Assembly: GCA_013239625.1 (NCBI GenBank)
Contig: MU057344.1
Location: 1,738,276 to 1,802,275, forward strand
DNA: 64,000 bases
Source of the DNA: Lama guanicoe
Lineage: Eukaryota
Direction of reading: 5' to 3'
Position numbers and translations under genes: made by a program. The notes below the pieces were generated by a model that worked only from the letters and a program-made list of their open reading frames with translations, was not told where the DNA came from and ran no database searches. Numbering within the stretch: position 1 is the stretch's first letter; each line of letters begins with the position of its first letter. Of this stretch, positions 45,031-57,800 are shown in pieces.

Positions 45031-45581
45031 AATACAGCTGGAGCCGCAGAGCGAAGCCTGGCCCTGCGTGCTCAGAACCCGGGGTGAGGCGGGGCGGGGG
45101 CGCAGCCAGGCCGTCTGGCACGGACAGCGTTTCTTGGCGTCCTCACACTGACCCTGAGAAAATGGTGCCAAGAGGCCGAGTGGCTGATTCCAGTCCAGGT
45201 CCCATGCACCCCGCACTGCCCCATGCTTGCACCCCCAAAAGAGCCTGTCCCACCCAGCAGAGGAAACAGGTGTCTCACCAGGCTAGCCCCTAAGCAGGCT
45301 GCTCCCACCAGGTCCCCAGAGCCCTGGCGACCAGCCTCCTGTCCTCTGCCTTGATTCCCGCAGCCTGGTCCCTGCAGGTCTGAGACTGTCCCCAGCCTCC
45401 CTGCACGCCTCCAGCCGGCTGCGCTCCCACCTCCCTGGGGAGTCCGGGGACCATGGGCTGGGAGTCCTGGCAGCTGTACCTCGGGCTCTGGAAGGCAGAT
45501 GCTGAGAAGAGCAGTGGGGCCAGTGTGCAGGAGGGCTGCCTCATCTCTGTCCTTGTCCCCAGGACCCTGCGGCCACTCGCC

Positions 45582-46163
45582 ATGGCCCAGCGGCACTCTG
45601 ACAGCTCCTTGGAGGAGAAGCTCCTGGAATACCGCTTTCACTCGGAGCTGCGGCTCGACGCCAAAGGAAACCCAGCGTCCGGGCTCCCGATGGTCCGGGG
45701 CTCCCTGCCAGCCGGGAGCAATGCCGCCTTCCAGCCTGACACCCCGGCACCCCCAGCACCATCCCCCGAGGCCCAGGAGCCGAGGGCCATCGTCTTGAGC
45801 ACACAGAGCCCGGCGGCCCTCAAGATGGGCACCCAGCAGCTGATCCCCAGGAGCCTGGCCGTGTCCAGCAAGGCTAAGACCCCGGCCCGCCATCAGAGCT
45901 TCGGGGCAGCCGTGCTCAGCAAGGAGGCCGCCCGGCGGGACCCCCGGCTCCTCTCAGCCCCCAGCTTCTCCCTGGACGACATGGACGTGGACATGGTGCC
46001 CGGAGGGATGCTGAGGCGAAACCTGCGGAACCAGTCCTACCGGGCGGCCATGAAGGGCCTGGGGACCCCAGGCGGCGAGGGGGACACTGTCCAGCTCACC
46101 CCCAAGCTGCAGGCTCTGGCTGAGGAGCCCAGCCAGCCTGCTCGGTGCGCAGCCAAAAATAAG
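45582..46163 (+). CDS. ARHGEF16: ARHGEF16 (Ephexin-4) exon 2, coding part; exon starts at 45563
   Basis: Acceptor ccccag|GACC, Kozak gccATGG; [15 protein letters not shown]...[16 protein letters not shown]...AKNK; donor AAG|gtagg. Confidence 0.96.
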
Positions 46164-46365
46164 GTAGGGGGCCCGTCTGCCTGGGCAACGGGGAGAAGGA
46201 CGTGCCTCGAGGGGCCGCGGGAGCTTGTGCGCAGGGAGCGGCCTGGGCACACCTCCCTGCCGGCGTCGCGCAGCTGCCGTCCAGTGAGCCCCGCCTCGTG
46301 CAGGCTCCTGGGGCGGCCTATCCCGGTTAAGCCCGGCGGCCGGGCTGTGAGCAGAGTCGGAATGT

Positions 46366-46430
46366 TCCCGTTTTAGAGATGAGGCCGCTGAGGCTCGGAA
46401 AGGTCGAGGGTTTGCCCAGAACACCAGACT
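46366..46430 (-). mobile_element. MIR fragment
   Basis: cccgttttagagatgaggccgctgaggctcggaaaggt. Confidence 0.55.
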
Positions 46431-47936
46431 CAGGCGCAGCAGGGAGTGGAGCCTGGAGGGACCTGAGGGGGCGCCGCCTGTCTGAAGGACGGATTTCAGG
46501 GGTGGCCTTGCAGCAGCAGCCAGCCTGAGCTCCCGTCGTGGGGGACTCAGGAGGGACGGTAGCAGCTCAGATCTGACGCCCTCTGCACCCCCTCCCTCCC
46601 TGCCCGGCCTGACAGCCGGCTCGGGGCTCCCTGTGCCCACGGTCGCGGTTGCCGGCCGGCGGCCCCCTCTACCACAGGCTCCTGCCCTGACCATGAGCCC
46701 TGCCCCGGCCTGGGGAGAAGCCCAGACCGCCCCACAGAATGCTGGCACCTGGCGCGTGGAAGGGCGGAGGCAGGGAGTCCCGAGCTACTGTCCTCTGTCT
46801 AAAGACACCCCTGTCCCGGGAGGTGGAGCATAGCCCCAGCCGTTCCGCCGGTGGACCTCGGCGCTCCGCACCCGCCCGGGGCCAGGCCTGCAGGGTCCAT
46901 CGTTTGCTCACGCTCGCCTCCCACACCCAGCCAACATTTCCTGACCCCCAGGCACCTGGTGCCAGTGCCAGGGTGTGGAGCTGAGCCCGGTGACAGGCCC
47001 CAGGAGAGCTCCCAGGGTGGCAGGTGCAGGCGGGTGGCAAGGGCACTGTGGGCTGGGCTGGGGGTGCTCAGGGCGTGGAGAGAGCACAGGAGGGGCTCCC
47101 CAGGAGCTCAGGGCCCAGGAAGAGGGGGTCCCGGAGAAAAGAGGGTTAAAGCAGAGGCGAGGACACAGGGTGGGGGCGAGGTGGGGGAGGGACCGCGACA
47201 ACAGCGGGGCAGAAGGCGGAAGGGATGGGGGCTCTGGGGGGTGCAGGGCAGCGGGGGAGCAGCACCAGATGCAGCCGGGAGCACCACACTTCAGACCAGC
47301 AACAGGAGCATTCAGGCCACAACTTGTTTCAAGAAACCAGCTCCTACTTTCCTGGAAGCAAGAGGTCATGGGAAGTGGTGCGGCCCAGCCGAGGAGACGG
47401 GGTCTGAGCAGGCACCTGGTGGGGCCCCAAGAGCCCCGCCCTCCACCTGCCTCGGCAGCCCCGCCCCCACGGGGGCAGGGACCCGGGCCTGTGATAGAAC
47501 CGGCTAACCCCCCAGGCTCAGGCTCTGCTCTTCCTGCCGCCCCAAGTCCCCTACACGTGGGGCCTGGGTTGCGGCCCTAGCCCCCACCCCACTGTCCCTA
47601 TTCAGCCGTCCGCCAGCCCACCTGTCCTGCCTCGGCTTCCCTCCAGGACAGTCATGACGCCCTTTTGCTGAGCATCTCCTTTCAACGTGCCTCCACCTCT
47701 AGGCAGCCGTCCTGGACCTGCCCAGCCGTAGTCACCTGCCCTGCCTGTGCTGAGCCCCTATCCCACCCCTTGCCTCCGCTTGGCGGCCCTTCCTCCCTCC
47801 TGGAGCTCACATCTCCTGAGCACCTCTGCATGCCCAGCAGAGCCCCCTCCCGTTGGAGCCCGGGTGGAGGGACCGCTGCAGCCCCACACCCGCCCCTCCC
47901 CGCTGACCGCCCGTGTCTCTGTGTCTCTCCACACAG

Positions 47937-47982
47937 AAGACACTGGGGCGGAAACGCGCACACAAGGGCTCCTTCAAAGACG
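47937..47982 (+). CDS. ARHGEF16: ARHGEF16 exon 3
   Basis: acacag|AAG ACA; KTLGRKRAHKGSFKD; donor G|gtgag. Confidence 0.92.
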
Positions 47983-48253
47983 GTGAGTACGGCCAAGGGG
48001 GCGACCTCGGCGGCTCTGGGCCAGGCTGGGGCCGGGTAAGGCAGGTCTCCCTGTGACGTCCTGGGGCAGGCGGAAGGTCTGGGTGCAGTGGCACGGAGGG
48101 TGTGCGGGATGGGATCCCTCCAGGGACTGGAGGACCCGTGGCCCTTCAGGCTCTGCTGCTCTGCTGGATCTAGAAAGTTCGCTCAGATTCTGTGCTGTCC
48201 CAGGGCCAGGGGCAGACAGAGCCCCCACACTCAGGAGATGTTTGTTGAGCACG

Positions 48254-48256
<3 letters not shown>

Positions 48257-48288
<32 letters not shown>
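48257..48288. repeat. (TG)16 microsatellite
   Basis: Read directly; followed by cacacac. Confidence 0.95.
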
Positions 48289-48289
<1 letters not shown>

Positions 48290-49130
48290 ACACACGCGCC
48301 AGGCCCTGCTGGCGGGACCAAGACCAGACAGAGGGCCCTAGGCCTGGGGTGCAGTCATGCAGTCACAGGGACCCAGTGTAGGAGGCCCGGGGGCGTGGGT
48401 CACGGCTGGACCGTGACAGGGCCCAGCGCAGTGCATTCGGCCTGCTGAGGACTGGGACGCCGGGATGGGGGGCCATGGGAGTTGGAGAGGCAGGTGCCCA
48501 CACAGCCAGGATGGACCACCCAGCGGGTGTGAGGGGCGGCAGGCAAGAAGGGCCCCCTCCCTGCCGGCCCCAACCTCTGTGGACAGCCGCAGGCCTGGAC
48601 GTGGGGAGGCAACAGGATCGGGGCCTCCTGCCCCAGGAGGGCGGCCGCAACGCCCCACTGGGGCCGCGGTGGCAGGAGACTGGAGGGGTTGCTTTGAGGG
48701 CTCAGAGCCGCCGTGATCCACGCACCCGCCCAGCGCTGCTGCGGTGTGTGCGGCTGCAGACAGAGCCCGAGAGCCGGAAACCTCACCTCCCCCCGGTAGG
48801 AGGGCTCTGGGACCAGTCGCCCGAGCCCTCAGGGAGCCCCCGCCCAGCCCCATTCCCCAGGGCCACGTCAGGCGGCCCCTGCGGCTCTCTGATTTGTCGG
48901 CTCAGCTCGGGTCTGAAGGTGCCACATTCTGCACCCGGATGCCACCCCTGCCCTGGGCTCCACCAGCACAGCCATGGGAGGGCTCCCGCCCGAGGGGGAC
49001 CTGCTCTGGGGGACCCTGCGCAGCCTGGTGCTCTCAGGGGCTCCTTGGGAGGACTCGACCTGCGGGCTCCCAGGGGGGCAGGATGGCCCAGAGCCCCCAG
49101 GCCTGCATGTGACCCGCCCCCTCTCCCCAG

Positions 49131-49300
49131 ACCCCCGGTTCTACCAGGAGATCCGGGAGCGAGGCCTGAACACCAGCCACGAGTCCGACGATGACTTGCT
49201 GGATGAGTCCTCCGGCCCTGAGGGACCCCGAAAGGTGGACGCCCCTATCGTGGTCAAGAGCTACCGGCCCCCCCAGATCACCTGGAGCCAACTCCCTGAG
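49131..49300 (+). CDS. ARHGEF16: ARHGEF16 exon 4 (inhibitory-helix Tyr region)
   Basis: ccccag|AC CCC; [24 protein letters not shown]...TWSQLPE; donor GAG|gtggg. Confidence 0.95.
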
Positions 49301-49493
49301 GTGGGGCTGGGATGTGGGGGGCAGCCCTTCTCCCAAGCCCGTGGGTGGTCCTCACAGTGACGGGGGAGCCTCCTAGAAGCACCCCATCTGCACCCAGGTT
49401 GCGGGGATCTCCCTGCTGCTGCCTTACCTGCCCTGCGGGGCACCTTGGGGGTGGTCCGTGGCGGGGGAGAGCACTTAGGGACACGTGCCATCC

Positions 49494-49518
49494 GTGTGTG
49501 TGTGTGTGTGTGTGTGTG
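49494..49518. repeat. (TG)n microsatellite
   Basis: Read directly. Confidence 0.93.
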
Positions 49519-50784
49519 AGTGTGACGGGCTGACCTGGAGGGAACTGTGGGCACAGGGGACACCCTCCCAGGGCCCTGCCCCCAGAAAGTGCCAGGAGGG
49601 TCCGAGTAAGGAGGCAGGAGGGGAGGGGAGAAGCCAGGCTGGAGTCACGCGCCACCGCCAAGCCGCCCCCTCACCTTCCCTGATGTCTGAAAAGAGGGCT
49701 GGTACTTGGCCCACAGGGCCTCATGGAAAGCATGTCAGGGACAGAGGCCCCGGTGTTCTAAGCAGGTACCCAGGGAGGCAGCTGTCACTACTCCAGAGGG
49801 CACAGCTGGCCATGGGACAGACAGACTCCTGACCTCGTCCCCTTGGAGTGGAGAGATAGCTGCAGTGCATGCCGGGGGGCCATCAGCCAGGGAGGGCCCA
49901 AAATGGGGTGGGGATAAGGGCAGCAGGTGAAAGGTCTGGAAATACACATCCGCGCCCACCTGCCAGGCGCCAGGTGCGTGCCCGGCGCTGGGTGGGGGTG
50001 GGGTCCAGGACCCCGCATCCTCAGAACGCTCCCAGGGATGCTGCTCCTGACCGCCTGAGCTCCAGGTGTCCCAGCCAAGCCTCTGGGCTGGAGGTCAAGG
50101 CCTGGGATTCACCCTCCTGGCCCAGGCGCTGCTGGCAGCCTCTGCCCTGTCCGGTGGGGTCGGGAGCAGAACTGGGTGGCCCTGGTCCTGCAAAGGGGGT
50201 GCCTCCGGGCAGGGAACTTGGCAGGCGTGCTGTGGTTGAGTTAGCTGCACTCCAGCCTGGGGCGGGGGGCCCTGAGGGCCAGAGAGCTGGGGCAGTGTCA
50301 CTCCCCTCCCAAGCAGTGCGCTGACTCACCTGGCCCAGGTGTGTCTGAGTCGCGGCCCTGCCCCCAGCTTTCCCAGGTGCCTCTGTACCTTTCCACCGTC
50401 ACCACACCCCCCTCCCCCTGCCGGCAGCTCTGTGGGGCAGAGCCCCTCCCCACCGTGGAGTGACTGCTGGCCTTGCCCTCTGGATGCCCATTCCCTTCCT
50501 CAGCTGCCCCAGGGCCCTTCCGAGGGGGTGGTCCCGCCCAGGGGAGGTTTCCATGGAGAGGAAAGATGTCGGCGAGGGGACAGAGCAGGGACAGGCCAGC
50601 TCAGCAGTCCCACTGTGCTGAGCTTTGCAAGGGCAGCCCAGGTGTCCACGAGGGACAGCTCTGCCAGGCCAGCCTGGCTCCCGCCTTCTCTTGGTGTCTC
50701 TACCGTCCACACTGGCTCTGGTCCAGCAGGAAGGTGAGCTTCCGGGACGTGCAGCCCGTGACTCCGGGCCTGTGCCGTCCTCAG

Positions 50785-50841
50785 GTGGTGGAGTCGGGCA
50801 TCCTGGACAAGCTACCAGCCGAGGAACGCAAGAGGCAGGAG
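50785..50841 (+). CDS. ARHGEF16: ARHGEF16 exon 5
   Basis: ctcag|GTG; VVESGILDKLPAEERKRQE; donor GAG|gtgag. Confidence 0.94.
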
Positions 50842-51184
50842 GTGAGGTGGGGCGGGGTGTGGCCCTGCTTCTGACATCGGGGGGTAGGAGGCACAGCAGT
50901 CATGGTGACGTCGCCCACTCACCCACTGGCTGCTTCCCAGGCCTGGTGCCCAGCGATGGTTCACGTCCCCACAGCTGTGCTGACAGTCCCAGCCCGCATC
51001 CTGTCCAGGGGTCCCGAGTCCCGGCCTGCCCCCTGCACCCTGGGCACATCCGCATGGCCTGAGCACTCGTCACCATCGCACCCTGGGCCGGGCCCCCTGT
51101 GTGGCGGGGCAGCTCTCCTAACCCTCTCCCGGGCCAGGCCCCCCGGGCACAGGGCTGCCCCCATCCGCTCTGCTCTCGCCCCAG

Positions 51185-51345
51185 GCCATCTTCGAGATCC
51201 TCACGTCCGAGTTCTCGTACCAGCACAGCCTTGGTATCCTGGTGGCCGAGTTCCTGCAGTCCAGAGAGCTGCGGGCCACCATGACCCAGACGGAGCACCA
51301 CCACCTCTTTTCCAACATCACGGACGTCCTGGGCGCCAGCCGGAA
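51185..51345 (+). CDS. ARHGEF16: ARHGEF16 exon 6 (DH domain start)
   Basis: cccag|GCC; [16 protein letters not shown]...[16 protein letters not shown](K); donor AA|gtgag. Confidence 0.95.
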
Positions 51346-53841
51346 GTGAGGCCCGGGCCCCTCGACGGTGGCGGCAGGCTCCCAGGAGGGTGGGAAGGCC
51401 GGGGCTCTGGGAGACCCTGGCCTGAGAGTGTGGATGGAAGATCTGGGGCAGCCCTGGGATGGGGAAGGGGCACGAGACCTCCGTGGGCCATGCAGCCACC
51501 GAGAGCCGGCCCTGGGGACACGCAGGTGCAGAGGGTGGAATGACAAGGCGTGCGGGGCTGCGGGTCAAGCGGGCGGGAGGCAGCCTGGAGTTGCAGCCCA
51601 GGTCATGTTCCGCCCGGAGGTGTCTGGTGCCTGCCCGGGCTCTGGTTGCAGGACCAGGAGCTGGAGGAGGGGCCGGGTGTGCAGCTGCAGGCCTGCCTGG
51701 GCTTGAGCGTGCATGTACGTGTGTGTGCACGCGTGCGCAGTGTCAGGGGTGTGTGTGTGCCTTTACCCCGTAGAGGGCACCATCCAGGTAGCGCCTGTGT
51801 GGGTTCAGCCCCGCACTGCCTTGCACCCTGGGTGACCCCAGAACACCTCTGGCATCTCCCTGGCCCTCAGCACCCTCCCTAACTTGAGGGGTGGGCCCCA
51901 CATCCCCCGCCCCAGCCCCGCAGACTGGGGCGAGGTGATTCGGGGACTCATTCAGATCAGTGCCAGACCCGCCCTCACAGAGCCCACCTGAGTCTGCTGC
52001 CCAAGGGCCCCCATGGAGTATCAGGGCTGTCTGGTCCCTGGCGACGGGGCTCCCTGCAGAGCTCCCTGGACCAGCATGGGGAGCCCGCAGCTCCCGGCCT
52101 GGCAGGGGGCTTGGGACAGGGCTGCCCCTCCCCCAGCCCTGATCCTGCGCTCCGTGTCCCCAAGTGCAGCAGGGCTGAGCACTTGGAAGCTGCTACCTCG
52201 TGTTTGCTTCCAACCTCCGTTGGGCCCCAGGCTGGCCGTCACTGTCCCTGGGGGCGCTCTGGCCTCCTCAGGAGTCAGCTATCTCGGGTCAGCGGCTGAG
52301 GGCCGGCCGGCCCAGGAAAGGCCTCCAGGTCGCCCTGGGAGGCACTAACCAGCCTGGCCTGCCTGTGCACGCACGTGTGTGTGGCCCTGCGTCCAGGCAG
52401 CTGGGCCTCCCTCTCGGGCGGGATCCTGGGGGTCCTCATCGCTCCTGACAAGCCACCCCTGGCCCTGCCTGCCAGGACTGCCCAAGAGCGATGGTTCGCA
52501 GAGTGTCCCCACTTACAGGAAGTGTAGTCCCCCTGTGAGTGGGGGTCAGGCCGGGGCCCAGCGAGTGGGGGCCTGAGGGACCCCTGCCCACCTCCAAGCC
52601 AAGGCCTTGCTCCCCCTCCCTGAGACCCTCACCAGCCTTGCCAAGGATAATCAGAGCCAACAGGGTTGGGGGGTGGGGGCACGATTGATGAGGTTGCCCA
52701 TCCTCTTCCCAGTGAGACCTCTGACACACGTCCTGGGTGGGCTGATGCTGGGCCCCACGATGTCCTCAGGACTAACGACCCGGGACCCCCTCCCCACCCT
52801 CTCCCTGCTCCCCCCCACCTCGCTGCCACACTGCTGGCTCCCTCCCCTCCTCCCAGGCGGGGTGGATGGTAAGGACCATGGTGGACTGGCTGTCTCCGCC
52901 TGGTCACTCCCCAGGGAGGGGTGTGGGCCGCCTGGGGTTCCCCGTGTGGGGCGGGTTTTGCTCAGGGACTCTGCTCTCTGCCCCTGGGAGGTCAACCAGC
53001 TGTCTTATCTCCCAGACAGGCTGCTTGGGGCAGGCTCAGGAGCCCAGCTTGGCAGGCTTCTGAGAGTCGGGTGTGGGCAGAGATGCTAGTGGCTCAAGGA
53101 GGAGCCTCAGGGGAAAGGGCTTCTCAGGGGGACAGAGCTCTTGGGGTGGAGGACCCTGGCGGCCGTATCAGTGCCTGGAGAGGCGATGAGGCCTCAGGGT
53201 CTGGCTCCTTCCAGCTGTGCAGGACACACTGGAGGTTCCAGCCGGCAGGTGACACACCCAATGACCGACCTGGGTCCAGCCAGGCCCGGCTGTGGCAGCA
53301 GTGGCTGCTGGTGGGAGCAGAACCCAGGGCAGCCCGGGGCCAGCACCGGCCAAGCTGCGTCCTCATCTCTGCAGCCGATGCCCAGGTTACGGACCCCAGC
53401 AGGGATCGGGGGCCGGCAGTCACTGGCAAGGAATCTGCCTGGAGCCCCTGTCCTGGCCCTGCGCCGGGCAGTCCTGCCCCAAGTCCCCAGGCGTGAAGTC
53501 AAAGTGACAAGTTCTTTGTCCTACGTGTCTACATCCCGTGATGCCTGCTGGAATCTGTCCAGAATCTAGCAAGAAGTGGCCTTGGATTGGGCCGTGGGTG
53601 TGTGCCCAGTTACTTCAGGTTTAAGGAGATGATCTGTCCTGGGGTTTTCCTGGGAGGGCCCTGGGCCAGGGTCCCGTCCAGCCTGGGCATCCCATCCACC
53701 CGGTGCCTGCTGTACGCTGCTCCTGGGAGCCTCACTGGGCTCCTGCCTCGTGCGCGTGCGTGTGCGTGCACGTGCATGTGCGTGCGTGTGCAGCAGGGGA
53801 CGGAACCCCAGGCCCGTGGTGCTCACCCCTACCCCCTGCAG

Positions 53842-53994
53842 GTTCTTCGAGGACCTGGAGCGGCGGCACAAGGTGCAGGTGTGTGTGGAGGACATCAGCG
53901 ACATCCTGGAGGAGCACGCGGAGAAGCACTTCCACCCCTACGTCGCCTACTGCTCCAACGAGGTCTACCAGCAGCGCGCCCTGCAGAAGCTGAC
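53842..53994 (+). CDS. ARHGEF16: ARHGEF16 exon 7 (DH)
   Basis: ctgcag|G TTC; [10 protein letters not shown]...[15 protein letters not shown](T); donor AC|gtgag. Confidence 0.95.
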
Positions 53995-54151
53995 GTGAGC
54001 CGGCCTCCGGGCCCGGGGCTGGGGAGCGGGTGGCCTCGGGAGGACCCACAGCCTCTCTCGGAGCTTGATGTTGCCCGTGGCCTGATTTCTGTTGCTGTCT
54101 ACGGACGGCCACGCCTTCTGCCGCAGCTGAGAGCCCCGTCCTCTGTTGCAG

Positions 54152-54281
54152 AAGCAGCAACGCCGCCTTCCGAGAGGCCCTGAGGGAGATTGAGCAGCGG
54201 CCGGCGTGCGGGGGTCTGCCCATGATCTCCTTCCTGATCCTGCCGATGCAGCGGGTCACGCGGCTGCCCCTCCTGACGGAC
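54152..54281 (+). CDS. ARHGEF16: ARHGEF16 exon 8 (DH)
   Basis: ttgcag|A AGC; [43 protein letters not shown]; donor GAC|gtgag. Confidence 0.95.
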
Positions 54282-55167
54282 GTGAGTGCCCAGACCCCAG
54301 CCGGGGGCGGGAGGTGCCTGGGTCCCACCTCCGGGAGGGGCATCAGTCCCCCCCCGACCTTGTCCCCGCGCTTTGTTACGTGACAGTTACGAAGACAGTT
54401 ACAAGACGGCGTTCACGGCCATGACGCCCGTGGCCGGCAGCAGTGGCGCTGCCCACAGAGCTCTCTTCGCCAGGAGCCATTCCTGCACTTTAGCGGATTT
54501 TTGTTCACTTACTTGATGCTTCATTTGTGTCCATGAGTCTGATCTGGTGTCTCCCAGAGCCCTGCTGAGCATCGGTGCAGGGTGTGGCTGCCTCCTACCC
54601 AGCACCCTTCGGCCGGTTGTCCCGGGTGTGGGCCCTGGGGGGACCCAGGCCCCAGTCACCATGCCTATTTCATGCACACAGGGGCTCCTGGGGGCTCCCC
54701 AGTGGCTCGTGTCTCTGAGATGCTGGCTCACGGGGCAGAGAGGCTCGTGGGGGTGAGAGGTGCTCATGCACGTATGTGCACACAGGCAGGCACGTGGCAG
54801 GGGCCCAGCTGAGTGCTGAGAGGCAGCATGTGGCCCGTGCTCAGTGGGTCAGCGTCCAAGGCTGACAGGAGATCAGACCCTCTGGTGAAATGAAGAAACA
54901 GAGGCTGCCGGGCGCCTCCCCAGGCTGGACCAAGACAGCCAGGCACGGGAAAGGTGGGGTCTGGGGGACTACCTGCTCCAGGTTCCAGCCCGACTGGCCT
55001 GACCTGGCAGAGCTCTTTGGGGGCTGCATGCCCCAGTGGGGCCTGGCAGGAGCCCTCTGGGTGCCCCCTGGGCCTGGGGCTCGTAGGGGAGCCCCTGCCC
55101 CGGGCCGGCCCCTGAGCCCATGCGTAGGAGGCACTTGTGGCTGCTCACGTCTGGTGTCTCCCTGCAG

Positions 55168-55242
55168 ACACTCTGCCTGAAGACCCAGGGCCACCCCGAG
55201 AGGTACAGGGCCGCCAGCCGTGCACTCAAGGCCATCAGCAAG
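55168..55242 (+). CDS. ARHGEF16: ARHGEF16 exon 9 (DH)
   Basis: ctgcag|ACA; [25 protein letters not shown]; donor AAG|gtgag. Confidence 0.95.
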
Positions 55243-55561
55243 GTGAGGAGGGTCCAGGGTGTGGGAAGGAGTGCCCAAGTTCTGCCCCCACCCCCACCGA
55301 TGGCAGAGACCCTGAGAGCAGGGCAGGGAGGATTTCCAGGCCGCCCATCCCAGGCTTCTCACAGTGTAGATGGGGAAACGCCCAGAAAGAGTGGAGCGCA
55401 CGCACAGTGGGGGAGCCCGCAGTGGTGCAGGGACTAGGACAGCCGAGAAGGCCAGCGCTTGTGGGCAGCCGGGCCAGGCTGGACGGGTGGGGTGCCGGGC
55501 AGTCCCGGGGTCCGGGCCACTGCCTGCCGCACAGCCGCTCTCGTGTGCACACGCCCTGCAG

Positions 55562-55654
55562 CTGGTGAAGCAGTGCAACGAGGGGGCCCACAAGATGGAG
55601 CGCACGGAGCAGATGTACACGCTGCATACACAGCTGGACTTCAGCAAAGTCAAG
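55562..55654 (+). CDS. ARHGEF16: ARHGEF16 exon 10
   Basis: ctgcag|CTG; [31 protein letters not shown]; donor AAG|gtagg. Confidence 0.95.
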
Positions 55655-57464
55655 GTAGGCAGTCCCCACCGGCCCCAGAGGCCACTCCCCCCAGCTCTGT
55701 CTGAGGTCAGGGGTCACTGCCCCCAGGCCTCTTGAGGGTGCCCACCCTGCAAGGCCCAGGAATAAGCCTCTGCCCTGACCTCTCCAGGCCGCTTTCCCCA
55801 CCTGGGAGCGTCCCTTGTGTGCCCTTGGCCACGGGGCTCAGCTCCACCGCCCTCCCCACTGAGGCCCCCACCCCCGGAGCGGCAGGGAAGAGGCAGACCT
55901 GGCAGAGCGGCCAGGCCGGGGCAGCTGGCGGCAGGCCGGGTCGGAGGGCTCGCCTGAGCCAGGGCTCCTCCTCGCTGTGCCCGGACAGGGACTGGATGAC
56001 CTCAGGGCCGGCTCAGGCTTCCTTGTGAGGCCAGGACAGCCCGTTGGTTCTGGGGTGGGGCCTAGGCAGCCTCCAGCCCCCGCAAAGCAGTCAGGGCTCA
56101 GACCTCCGCCCCCTGAATCCCCCATGTCCCACAGACTGGCCCATCCTGGATGGTCCAGGGCCCGCCCCCATGGTCACCCAGGACAGCTGTGCCCTCCACG
56201 CCACTGTGCCCCGGGCCACCGGGCCTCTGCAGGGAGCGCCTCCTAGGGGCGGCCCAGCGGGGAGCACCCTGGTGGGAGCCGCTCTCGGGAGTCAGCATCT
56301 GCCCCGCCCCCACTCCGCCCCTCTGGCCTGTCTGCAGCAGGGCCCTGGGGGCTTGGAGTGGGCAGGAGACTCAGAGGACACTGGGGTCGGAGCAGCTCCG
56401 TGGGCCGGGCCTCAGTCTATCACCGACCAGGCTGAGCTGCTGGCCTCCAGCCCCCAGAGGCTGCCCAGCAGGCTGGAGCCCAGTGAGAGCCAGAGCCACG
56501 GGCAGGACGGGGGTCAGGAGGTGTGGAGGGAGGGCACAGAGGTTCAGACAAGGGCAGCAGGCTCCTTGGGGTGGGTCAGGGTGGGCTTCACCGAGGAGGT
56601 GTTCGAGTGACGACAGCTGTGGCTTCGCTGAGCCCAAACCCTCGGCCGGGTCTTGACCCCATCGGCCGGGCAGCAGATCTCACCTTTGGGGTGAAATACA
56701 CCCCTGACCAGAGCAAAGACCCAACCTCGGGCCTGGCTGACCCCTAAGCGGGGCTCCCGCCCACTGACGTCTCAGAACTGGAGGGCATGGGGGCCGGACA
56801 GCTCAGAGTCCCAGCAGGCGGAATGTGTCTGGGGAACAGAGACGGTGGGTGGGCCTCCTCGGTCCTCCCCTCCAAGCCTGCTCTGCCTTCCCCCTCCTGC
56901 TCCAGGCAGACGCCCGAGGAGCTGCCCTGTTGGCGGGAGGCTGGGTCTGAGCCCGGCCGTGAGGCTATAGGACCCAGGTGGCGGGGGCCAGGGGTGTCCT
57001 GTCCACCTGCGCCTCTCACTTGTTGGCCTGTTCTCTGGGCCGCAGAGCAGGAGGGAGCTCCGTCTGCAGGAAGGGCCCCTGGACACCGGATGTGGTTCTG
57101 CAGAACAAGGGCTCCTCATAGTCTGTACAGACGCGGCTGAGCCCCTGCTTGGTCTTGGGAAAGGAGGTTCCCCCAGAGCGGCCGTCACCCCCTGGCTCAG
57201 AGGAGCGCTCAGCTGGGGCCGAGGAAGCCCGTGGGCCTGGCCAGAGGCAGGTTGCTGCGCAGGATCTGGGCCCAGATCTGGCCCAGTAGCTGCCCCGTGA
57301 GCACCTGTTGGCCGAATGAATAGCCCTTTGTTGGAGGCCCAGTCAGACTCTCTTCCTCAGTCCAGCCCTGGGGAGGCTGGGTCACCCAGTCCCCACCGCT
57401 GGCTGTGTGTCCTTGTCCCCTGCCCCCCGTCGGGACTCACCCATCTCTCCGGCTCTGCCCCCAG

Positions 57465-57616
57465 TCCCTCCCGCTCATCTCTGCCTCCCGCTGGCTGCTG
57501 AAGCGCGGAGAGCTCTTCATGGTGGAAGAAACCGGGCTTTTCCGAAAGCTCGCCAGCCGGCCAACATGCTACCTGTTCCTGTTCAATGACGTCCTGGTGG
57601 TCACCAAGAAGAAGAG
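57465..57616 (+). CDS. ARHGEF16: ARHGEF16 exon 11 (PH domain)
   Basis: ccccag|TCC; [17 protein letters not shown]...[15 protein letters not shown](S); donor AG|gtggg. Confidence 0.96.
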
Positions 57617-57800
57617 GTGGGTTCTGGCTGCACGGCCTGCCACAGGGAGCAGGTGGCAGCGGCGGCCTTGGGGCCGGGGAGGTGTCTGGGAGCCGGCCCT
57701 CGGGAGCACCCTTCCAGCTGCTGCAGGGGAGCCAGAGGCGCGGGGAGCCTGGGCTGCCCGCAGACCCCTGCAGCATGGCCGACCGTCTGTCTGCCTGCAG

